The notes under the pieces are model-generated. The model was not told the DNA's origin. It made no database searches and saw only the letters and a program-made list of their open reading frames with translations. The translations under genes were made by a program, and so were the position numbers. Source: Rhodospirillaceae bacterium (GTDB taxonomy: Bacteria; Pseudomonadota; Alphaproteobacteria; DSM-16000; Inquilinaceae). From it: a DNA stretch of 24,000 nt. The stretch spans positions 3,044,461-3,068,460 of the forward strand of contig JACKIH010000003.1 of NCBI GenBank assembly GCA_020638575.1. The letters run 5' to 3'. Shown piece after piece: positions 16,489-23,795 of this stretch (position 1 is the first letter of the stretch; each line of letters begins with the position of its first letter).

Positions 16489-17154
16489 ATGGATAGACAG
16501 GACCTGAAAAACACAGGTGAGGGCGGGCAGCTCGGATTCGACATGCTGCTCTCCACCGCAATGGCCGAAAACGAGGCGCGGCGCTTCGAGCGCGAAACCG
16601 CACACCTGCCGGATACACTCGAAGAGGCGGTACCGTTCTTTCGCGGTTTGATCGAGCGGCACCACGCCGCGATGATGGCGGCTGACGTGGATGAGACCAT
16701 GCGCCTTCGGAACGAAGCCGACTTGCTGGCCCAGCGCGTGAACGGGGGCGACCGGGCCATTCTGGCCGACGAGAATGCGCCGGGCCGTGTATTGGAACGC
16801 GAAACCGCTGCCACGCCGGGAGATGTGCCGCTGTGGGGGCAGACCGGCAATTTCGAGATCCCGGTCTGCGGCGCGCGGGTGCGGATCGAGCTTGAAGGCG
16901 TTTTCGGTATTGGCACCGGGTTCGGATACTGGCCCGGATTTTCGGCCCATGCCGTCGATCCCGCTGCGCCCTTTGTCAGCCCAACCGGCTACCGTAGCTT
17001 CCTCGGTCAGTACGCGGGTCCCGTGCCGGGGCTGACCCCGGACCAGTTCGCGGCCCGGTCCGTCGAAAACTACGTCGCGGACGCCCTCAAAGGATGTCTG
17101 GTCGCGATCAAAAGGGAGTATCACCCGAACCGCGGGGAGGCGGGGGAACCATGA
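16489..17154 (+). CDS. hypothetical protein (221 aa), co-transcribed with the DUF2958 gene
   Basis: RBS GGGGG 9 nt after the DUF2958 stop. ATGA overlap with the following gene. No motif recognised. Confidence 0.6.
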   Translation: MDRQDLKNTGEGGQLGFDMLLSTAMAENEARRFERETAHLPDTLEEAVPFFRGLIERHHAAMMAADVDETMRLRNEADLLAQRVNGGDRAILADENAPGRVLERETAATPGDVPLWGQTGNFEIPVCGARVRIELEGVFGIGTGFGYWPGFSAHAVDPAAPFVSPTGYRSFLGQYAGPVPGLTPDQFAARSVENYVADALKGCLVAIKREYHPNRGEAGEP

Positions 17155-17471
17155 ACGTCCTATTTGTCTGCACTGCCAACAAGCTGCGCAGCCCGACCGC
17201 CGAAGCGGTCTTCTCGGGGCGGGAGGGAGTTGCCGTTCGCTCTGCTGGGCTCGATCCGGCAGCGCCGCGTCGCCTCACCGAAGAGCTTGTCGCCTGGGCT
17301 GACCGCATCTATGCCATGGAAGACCGCCACCGCCAGAAGATCCGGAAGAAGTTCCGCAAGGCGCTCGGGGCAAAGCCCATGGTGACGCTGCATATCCCCG
17401 ACGAGTACGAGTTCATGCAGCCCGAGCTGATCTCGTTGCTCACGGAGCGGCTGCCGGATCTTGGCGGTTAG
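17151..17471 (+). CDS. short LMW phosphotyrosine phosphatase / ArsC-like protein (106 aa)
   Basis: P-loop VLFVCTANKLRSPTAEAV (C-X5-R-S). Shorter than canonical LMW-PTPs. Confidence 0.7.
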   Translation: MNVLFVCTANKLRSPTAEAVFSGREGVAVRSAGLDPAAPRRLTEELVAWADRIYAMEDRHRQKIRKKFRKALGAKPMVTLHIPDEYEFMQPELISLLTERLPDLGG

Positions 17472-17673
17472 GCGTTTCCGAAAAGCAGTGCTGTAGTGCC
17501 TGCGGCGGCTGCGGCGTTAGGAGCGCTCTATGCCATCGCGCCGCGCGCCACGCCGCCAATAGCCGCTAATAACGTAGCCTCAGTATTGTGTTAGAGTGGC
17601 GGGTCCGCGTTGGATTTTCGCGTGGCTCAGGGTGGCGGGCCCCGCAGGAACTCCCGCTAATGGCACGCATAGA

Positions 17674-17702
17674 TTGCAATTGGTGTGGCGAGATGGAATA
17701 AT
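17674..17702 (+). promoter_or_regulatory. candidate sigma70-type promoter of gajAB
   Basis: TTGCAA (17674-17679), 17-nt spacer, AATAAT (17697-17702). It encloses the GTG at 17685 used by the longest ORF. Confidence 0.3.
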
Positions 17703-19622
17703 TGCGCCTGCTATTTGTGCGGGGAGAGGTGCATTGCGCATAAGTCATTTAAGAATAAAGAATTTCCGGGGATCAAGGAAGCGACGATTTTTCTTCCGAA
17801 GCATGCAGTATTAATCGGAGATAACAATACCGGTAAGACCACGCTGCTTGAAGCAATTGACCTTGTTCTCGGTCCTGATCGCCTCAACCGGATGCCGCCG
17901 GTAGATGAGCACGATTTCTTTCAGGGGCGCTATCTGCCTGTTCAGGTCGGCGCCGAAGGCGTGGCCGATGATGAAGATCCGGGGGCAGACAGCGAAAAGG
18001 ATGCCGTAGCAGCAGAACATGCGCCCGCTGAAGGTGAGCACAGCGAAGAAGCCCCAACCATTCGCATTGACGTGACAATCGTCGATCTAAGCGGCGAACA
18101 GCGGGCGCACTTCGGAGATGTAGTCGAGTTCTGGGATAATAATGACCGACAACTCTATGAGAAACCAGATCCAAAGGGCGTCGATCCTGCGCATATCTCT
18201 GAAGCCATACGTGTAACTTTTCTCGGCTGGTATGAACTTGGGGAAGACGACTTCCAGGGGAAGACTTTTTTTACGCGAAGTCTGACGGAAGGTGATACAG
18301 GCGAGCCGTTCAGAAGGACCGATAAGCAGCGATGTGGCTTCCTGTACCTCCGCTCTCTTCGGACCGGCTCACGCGCTCTAAGCCTCGAAAGGGGCAGTCT
18401 GCTCGACATCATTCTGCGGCTAAAAGAGCTTCGCCCGCAGATGTGGGAGGCAACGCTCTCTCATCTGGCTGAGTATGACGTTGCCAGCGATCCGGCACTC
18501 GGTATTACGGGTGTCCTGGAAAGCATCAATGCGTCTCTTAAGAAATATGTGCCAAAGGAATGGGGTATTCACCCCCATCTCAAAGTCTCCAACCTCACCC
18601 AAGATCACCTGCGCAAGGTCATAACCGCGTTTATCGCAACGGGTGACGGCGATCATGCCGCCCCGTTTTACCGGCAGGGGACAGGAACGCTGAATATGCT
18701 TGTCCTGGCGATGCTTTCCCAGATCGCCGAGGGCAAGCAGAACGTCATCTTTGCCATGGAAGAGCCTGAGACTGCGATACCGCCCTATGCGCAGAAGCGC
18801 ATCGTCCATGAGGTTCGCAAGCTTTCAGCCCAGACAATCTTCACATCACATTCCCCGTATGTGCTCGAAGAGTTCCAGACAGAAGAAACTGTCGTGCTTC
18901 GCCGCGAAACACACGGCGCTCTGAGGCAAGCCGATATCAAGCTGCCGGAAAGCCTGAAGCTGAAGCGATACCGGCAGCAGTTTCGCACCCGTTTCTGTGA
19001 AGGCCTTCTTGCGCGCAGAATCCTAATTGCTGAGGGCGCTACCGAAGCACAATCCTTTCCAGTGGTCTGTCGTCGGCTCTCCGAGATTAACTCAACTAAG
19101 TATGCTTCCCTTGAAGCTCTGGGCATATGCATCATCGATGCTGGAAGTGAGACGCAGATAGCCGATCTCGCCAAACTATATTCAGGTCTTGGTAAGCGAG
19201 TGTTTGGCCTGTGTGACAAGCAGGATGTGCAAGCGGAAGCGGCCATTGCCGCCGAAGTTGAGGCCTTGTTCATGCATGGGGAGCACGGCTTTGAGGATCT
19301 GATACTCAAGAACACGACCGAAGACGCCCTCAAGCGTTATGCTGGGGCCGTTGCATGGCCGCCACACCTTCAGCATAAGCACCCGAACCCCAGAATAGAC
19401 ATCCAAGCGGCCATCGCGGATTTGTTCGAGTGGGGGAAAGCGAACTGGATTGCCGCGGACTTCCTGGCGCAATGCACTGAAGCCGAAATGCCTGAATGGC
19501 TTCGGGAAAAGGCCTCAGAACTGAAAACGCTCTGTGACCCACCATCGGCGGCGGAAAACAGCGCTGACGGCAGTGAAGGCGCAGAGCCGGAGCCAGCTGC
19601 AGGGGACGCGGATGGCGATTAA
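17685..19622 (+). CDS. gajA: GajA (OLD-family ABC ATPase + TOPRIM nuclease). The longest intact ORF is given; the ancestral start appears to be TTG 17734 in another frame (see findings)
   Basis: Walker A GDNNTGKTT, FAMEEPETAIPP, TSHSPYVLE. TOPRIM motifs RRILIAEGATE and ICIIDAGSE. Followed by a UvrD-like gene with an 11-nt overlap. Confidence 0.8.
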   Translation: MARWNNCACYLCGERCIAHKSFKNKEFPGIKEATIFLPKHAVLIGDNNTGKTTLLEAIDLVLGPDRLNRMPPVDEHDFFQGRYLPVQVGAEGVADDEDPGADSEKDAVAAEHAPAEGEHSEEAPTIRIDVTIVDLSGEQRAHFGDVVEFWDNNDRQLYEKPDPKGVDPAHISEAIRVTFLGWYELGEDDFQGKTFFTRSLTEGDTGEPFRRTDKQRCGFLYLRSLRTGSRALSLERGSLLDIILRLKELRPQMWEATLSHLAEYDVASDPALGITGVLESINASLKKYVPKEWGIHPHLKVSNLTQDHLRKVITAFIATGDGDHAAPFYRQGTGTLNMLVLAMLSQIAEGKQNVIFAMEEPETAIPPYAQKRIVHEVRKLSAQTIFTSHSPYVLEEFQTEETVVLRRETHGALRQADIKLPESLKLKRYRQQFRTRFCEGLLARRILIAEGATEAQSFPVVCRRLSEINSTKYASLEALGICIIDAGSETQIADLAKLYSGLGKRVFGLCDKQDVQAEAAIAAEVEALFMHGEHGFEDLILKNTTEDALKRYAGAVAWPPHLQHKHPNPRIDIQAAIADLFEWGKANWIAADFLAQCTEAEMPEWLREKASELKTLCDPPSAAENSADGSEGAEPEPAAGDADGD

Positions 19623-21438
19623 GCTGACTACGAAGCAACGTGACGTCCTCACTGCGGATGGCCACCTTTTGGTTACTGGAGGACCCGGCTCCGGTAAGAC
19701 TACAATTTCGATAATGAAAGCAGCGCAAGCGGTAGACAAAGACCTATCCCGTGGGCAGCGCGTGCTTTTCCTAAGCTTTACTCGCGCTACTGTTTCACGC
19801 GTTGTGGAAGCCATTCAATATGAACATCAATTGCCGCCCGAACAACGCAAGCGGATCGAGGTCGAAACCTATCACTCTTTCTTTTGGCGCATCATAAGAG
19901 CTCACGGTTACCTGCTAGGTTTGCCGCGTCGCCTCACACTTCTTCCTCCACCCGCCGAGGCCATCGCCCTTTCCTCAATAAGGAATGAACTGGGCGCTGA
20001 TTCAAAGCTCAGCGCCGCGGCGGTCGCCGAGAAACAGCGACGCGTAACCGCTGAACGTGAGCGTCTGGCAATGGAAGAGGGCCGTGTGTGCTTCGACCTA
20101 TTCGCCCGTTACACAGGTGCTATCCTCCATGGTAGCGAACGCATCCGCCAACTCGTCTCCAACATGGTCCCCGTGATCGTCCTGGACGAGTTTCAGGACA
20201 CGAATGCTGACCAATGGAATGTGGTTCAAGCCTTGGGCCGGCATTCTCGGTTGATCGCGCTGGCTGATCCGGAGCAGCGCATCTACGATTTCCAGGGTGC
20301 CGACCCTGAGCGCCTCAATCACTTCCGTGAAGGGTTCGTCCCGACGGAGATTGATCTTAGCGACGACAACCACCGAAGCGCCGGAACTGAGATAGGGCTG
20401 TTCGGGAACGAGATACTGCGCGGGAGATTTACGCAGGAGAAGTATGTTGGCGTATGTCGTTTTGGCTATCCGCCGAACGGTGACCAAGCTTTTACGGAAC
20501 TTGTAATGCGTGTCTATAAGGCACGCAGTCGTCTAGCAAAGAGCAGCAAGAAGGATTGGTCTTTGGCAATCCTTGTTCCAACGAAAAAGATGACGCGTCT
20601 TGTTGCGGACAAGCTTCGGGAACCGCCAGCCGGAATGACGGCCGTACCGCATTCCGCTGTTGTAGAGCTCGAAGGCGCAATTCTCGGGGCAGAACTTATT
20701 GCGTTCCTTTTGCAACCATCTTCAGGCGGTCGGGATTTTGGGCGGTTCCTCGATTTGCTGTGCAACTATTTTCAGGGTAGAGGCGGCGACGAACCGGGTC
20801 AGGGCGACCTTAACACAGCCCAGAAATTCCGCGATGCCTATGCCGACTACGTGCAGCGTCAGACGGAAGGTAAAGCGATGCGAGGCAGTAGCCTTCTTGT
20901 CAGCACGCTTGCCACTTATCAGCGGGCTCGAGCCCTAGGATTGACAGGTGATCCCGACGTTGATTGGCGATCCATGCGGTCTCTCCTCGAGAATGGGGAA
21001 TGTTCGCGGCTTCAGGCGCTCGCCCACGAGGTAAGGAATCTGCGTTTACTGGATCGGGGCACCCAGCTTCGTCAGGGGTTGGCGGATGATTGGCGAACGA
21101 ATGGGTCTTACTCGAACGCGCTATCAATTGTGAAACATGCTTTTGTTCAAGAACATTTTGCGACAATCCAAAAGCCGGAAACCGGCGTTATTGTTATGAA
21201 CATGCATAAAGCCAAAGGAAAGCAGTTTGACGAAGTGATAATCTTTGAGGGCTGGCCACGGCTTGTTAAATGGAAGATTGTCGCGAATCTGGATCGTATT
21301 GTCCGGTCCAACGACCTGGACTATGATAATGATCAATCGCGACAAAATCTTCGGGTGAGCGTGACGCGCGGGAAATCTCGCACGACGATCCTTACGCCAA
21401 AGAATAATCCCTGCGTTCTCTTACTCAATCGCGCGTGA
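19612..21438 (+). CDS. gajB: GajB (UvrD/Rep-like SF1 helicase)
   Basis: Internal ATG at 19612 gives MAIKLTTKQRDVL. Motifs VTGGPGSGKTT, VIVLDEFQDTN, MNMHKAKGKQFDEVIIF, LRVSVTRGKSRTTIL. Confidence 0.85.
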   Translation: MAIKLTTKQRDVLTADGHLLVTGGPGSGKTTISIMKAAQAVDKDLSRGQRVLFLSFTRATVSRVVEAIQYEHQLPPEQRKRIEVETYHSFFWRIIRAHGYLLGLPRRLTLLPPPAEAIALSSIRNELGADSKLSAAAVAEKQRRVTAERERLAMEEGRVCFDLFARYTGAILHGSERIRQLVSNMVPVIVLDEFQDTNADQWNVVQALGRHSRLIALADPEQRIYDFQGADPERLNHFREGFVPTEIDLSDDNHRSAGTEIGLFGNEILRGRFTQEKYVGVCRFGYPPNGDQAFTELVMRVYKARSRLAKSSKKDWSLAILVPTKKMTRLVADKLREPPAGMTAVPHSAVVELEGAILGAELIAFLLQPSSGGRDFGRFLDLLCNYFQGRGGDEPGQGDLNTAQKFRDAYADYVQRQTEGKAMRGSSLLVSTLATYQRARALGLTGDPDVDWRSMRSLLENGECSRLQALAHEVRNLRLLDRGTQLRQGLADDWRTNGSYSNALSIVKHAFVQEHFATIQKPETGVIVMNMHKAKGKQFDEVIIFEGWPRLVKWKIVANLDRIVRSNDLDYDNDQSRQNLRVSVTRGKSRTTILTPKNNPCVLLLNRA

Positions 21439-21612
21439 GATTCTGGCGATTGAGGCCCTGGGAAGAAAGGACACTGGTCTGGATTGGTGCGGATTAGGCA
21501 GTCTGCTTCAACGTGTCTGCCTGTAGAGAATGCCGGGATCACTTTTCAGCCTCTTGCGGTCCGGAAACCGAAGTCCAAACCGAGCCCCCGCAACCAACCG
21601 CCTAATCTGTCC

Positions 21613-21643
21613 AGCCCGCCAGGCCCCAACCCGGCGGGCTTTT
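21613..21643 (+). terminator. rho-independent terminator
   Basis: AGCCCGCC (21613-21620) / GGCGGGCT (21633-21640), followed by TTT(G)TG. Confidence 0.7.
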
Positions 21644-21658
21644 GTGCGTCTACACAAA

Positions 21659-21713
21659 TCGCGGACACCACGCGCCGGACACCACTCGCCGGACACCACG
21701 CGCCGGACACCAG
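21659..21713. repeat. about 4 tandem copies of a 14-bp unit (G/T)CGCCGGACACCA(C/G)
   Basis: Copies at 21659-21671 (13 nt), 21672-21685, 21686-21699 and 21700-21713. GCGCCGGAC is the reverse complement of the first 9 nt of the CRISPR repeat. Confidence 0.8.
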
Positions 21714-21755
21714 GAGCCATCATCGGCCCCGGCGGTGTGAACCGAAACGGAACAG

Positions 21756-21792
21756 GTCCGGACGACCTGCCCGCACAAACGCGGATTTGGGC
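21756..21792 (+). repeat. degenerate (ghost) CRISPR repeat
   Basis: GTCCGGACGACCTGCCCGCACAAACGCGGATTTGGGC is exactly 37 nt with 25/37 identities to the repeat consensus. Two further positions match variants seen in repeat 7. Confidence 0.55.
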
Positions 21793-22008
21793 TCGACAGA
21801 GCCGCTCCGACCACGGAAAGTTGAGCGTTTCGGCGGGGAGAAATGCCGGAATCGCTGTTGGAAACAGTGTATCTTATTGAATAGGAACGAGAATCTGGGG
21901 ATTTTCGGGCCTGTTGGGGCGTCGGATCGCCGAAACCGACCATCTGTCCCAGCAGCGTTGGAAAGCTACCCGAAAAGCTCAAACAGATCATGGGCTTCTG
22001 GAGGATGA

Positions 22009-22688
22009 GTCCGGCGCCCCTGCCGCCATCAATGCGGATTGAGACTCGGATTCGTACGTCATATCCAGGCGCCCGTGTCCGACGCCCTTGCCGCCATCAA
22101 TGCGGATTGAGACTTCTTGACCACCTCGTCGATTCCCTCCTTGAGTCCGGCGCCCCTGCCGCCATCAATGCGGATTGAGACGCCGCCGATGAGGTCGATG
22201 ATCCCCCACGTGGGTCCGGCGCCCCTGCCGCCATCAATGCGGATTGAGACCTCAGTTGATAGGTCATGATAGTGAACAACGGGTCCGGCGCCCCTGCCGC
22301 CATCAATGCGGATTGAGACCGCGGGTCTGCATGTTCGAGACCACCCCGACATAGCCAGTTCCGTCCGGCGCCCCTGCCGCCATCAACGCGGATTGAGACT
22401 CGAAGCGTTTACCGCATTCCGCAATGTACGCCGTCCGGCGCCCCTGCCGCCACCAACGCGGATTGAGACCGGAACAACGGAGACCCCGCCCGGGGATACG
22501 GTCGAGGATTAAGTCCGGCGCCCCTGCCGCCATCAATGCGGATTGAGACCTCGACGGGATACCCATCTCCTCCTCCTTGCGTCCGGCGCCCCTGCCGCCA
22601 TCAACGCGGATTGAGACTTAAGATCCGGTCGGTTGGAACAAGATTCACCACGTCCGGCGCCCCTGCCGCCATCAATGCGGACTGTCCG
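22009..22688 (+). CRISPR. CRISPR array, 10 repeats of 37 bp (GTCCGGCGCCCCTGCCGCCATCAATGCGGATTGAGAC), 9 spacers
   Basis: Repeat starts: 22009, 22077, 22145, 22214, 22283, 22363, 22433, 22513, 22581, 22652. Spacer lengths: 31, 31, 32, 32, 43, 33, 43, 31, 34. Strand assigned from the ATTGAGAC 3' end. The last repeat diverges in its final 8 nt. Confidence 0.9.
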
Positions 22689-22696
22689 GCCTGTCG

Positions 22697-23641
22697 TTAC
22701 TCTTGGGCGATGGCCGTTCCGATGTGCGCCGGAGCCAGAAGCCGGTACCGCCCAAGGCCCAGCGCCGCCCGTCCGCCGGCATGGGCGGTTTGCCCCAGCG
22801 CCAGGAGCGCCATGAATAGGGGGGACGGGGCGGGGATCCAGAGGTCGCCCAAGAGACCGACAGTGACGTCGGGTCGGGCGTACCCACTCGCCGAATGCCG
22901 CGCCTTGGGCGGCGCAGGCCGGCCAGCGACGTGCCACTCGGCGTGTGCTCCCAGTGCTTCGGCCTCGGCGTCCAGCGTTTCGCTATCCGCTGCCAAGGTG
23001 ACGCCATGCCATAGCGCCAGGCCCGAGATGCGGTTGGAGAGGCTTTTCAACAAGCTCGCGGGCCGTGCATGCGGCTCGTCCCCGGCGCGAACCAGGACGG
23101 GGGTGTCGAAACGCAAGATGGCGCCCTGGCACAAATCCACCAGGGGCACGCCATTGGCCCTTGCGATTTTGCGATCGCCGATATCCAACGGCCGGCGCGT
23201 GCCTTGGATATCGACGCCTGAGCGAAGGCCGTGCACCAGGCCATCGGCCGCTTCTCCGGCCCAGTCGCCCGCCACGCCGAAGAGCGTCAGGTCGACAAGC
23301 AGATCCGCACCCAGCCGGCCAACCTCAATGACGAAGGGTTTGGGGAAATCCATTCCCCCTCGAAAAGTGCCCTGGGTGTTGTGGAACAGGTCGTAAGCGC
23401 AGGGGGGAGACCACGGACAGGGCGCGCCGCTTTGGGCCTGTTGCGAGGCCGTCTGCCACAGGGCGGTCAACCACGCCCCGCGAATGCGCGCAGGTAGCTT
23501 GGGATGGCTGGCCAGATGCCCGGCGCCAGTGCAGCATACGGTGACTCGCGTCATCTGCCACAACGCGGCCAACTCTGCGACCGACACTGACGTATCCGCG
23601 CCCGCGGCCAAGTAGCTGCGAATTTCGCTGCTCTCGGTCAT
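22697..23641 (-). CDS. cas6: Cas6-like RAMP endoribonuclease (DUF2276-type)
   Basis: Abuts the array. Segments LPARIRGAWLTAL, CPWSPPCAYDLF, PKPFVIEV, and a C-terminal glycine-rich loop GQTAHAGGRAALGLGRYRL. Start uncertain (23641 or 23554; the track start at 23851 is unlikely). Confidence 0.65.
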   Translation of the reverse strand: MTESSEIRSYLAAGADTSVSVAELAALWQMTRVTVCCTGAGHLASHPKLPARIRGAWLTALWQTASQQAQSGAPCPWSPPCAYDLFHNTQGTFRGGMDFPKPFVIEVGRLGADLLVDLTLFGVAGDWAGEAADGLVHGLRSGVDIQGTRRPLDIGDRKIARANGVPLVDLCQGAILRFDTPVLVRAGDEPHARPASLLKSLSNRISGLALWHGVTLAADSETLDAEAEALGAHAEWHVAGRPAPPKARHSASGYARPDVTVGLLGDLWIPAPSPLFMALLALGQTAHAGGRAALGLGRYRLLAPAHIGTAIAQE

Positions 23642-23795
23642 TCTTCCGAAGCGTCCTTGGCGCTGGTTGGCTCGGGTAGTACTGGCATCAATTTTTGCAG
23701 TATATGCGCGACAGACAAGACACATCGCAGTGGAGGGTGCGGCAGGCCCAAAGCGCACAACGAACACGAACTCCACTTTTTGACGGCGCCTTGAC

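Larger units (their letters stand above)
1070..17471. mobile_element. conjugative/mobilisable element backbone (ICE or plasmid) carrying cargo modules
   Basis: DUF736, oriT-like repeats, mobC, relaxase and the DUF2958 operon are typical transfer-region genes of alphaproteobacterial elements. No integrase, tRNA or att site is visible in the window, so the boundaries are unknown. Confidence 0.5.

Noticed and set aside
16126-17124. 332-aa minus-strand ORF
   Set aside because: It is antisense to the DUF2958 gene and the 221-aa gene, which have RBSs and coupled junctions. No motif and no RBS, so it is a high-GC shadow.
21484-22008. 174-aa and 116-aa ORFs in the array-proximal region
   Set aside because: They span a terminator, the 14-bp tandem repeats and the ghost repeats. 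They are low-complexity with no RBS.
22059-22937. ORFs across the CRISPR array (repetitive peptides such as SQSALMAAGAPD and RIETxx)
   Set aside because: The periodic peptide repeats are simply translated CRISPR repeats, not genes.
22536-23396. 286-aa plus-strand ORF
   Set aside because: It starts inside the array and runs antisense to the Cas6-like gene. Composition is Arg/Ser/Pro-rich shadow.
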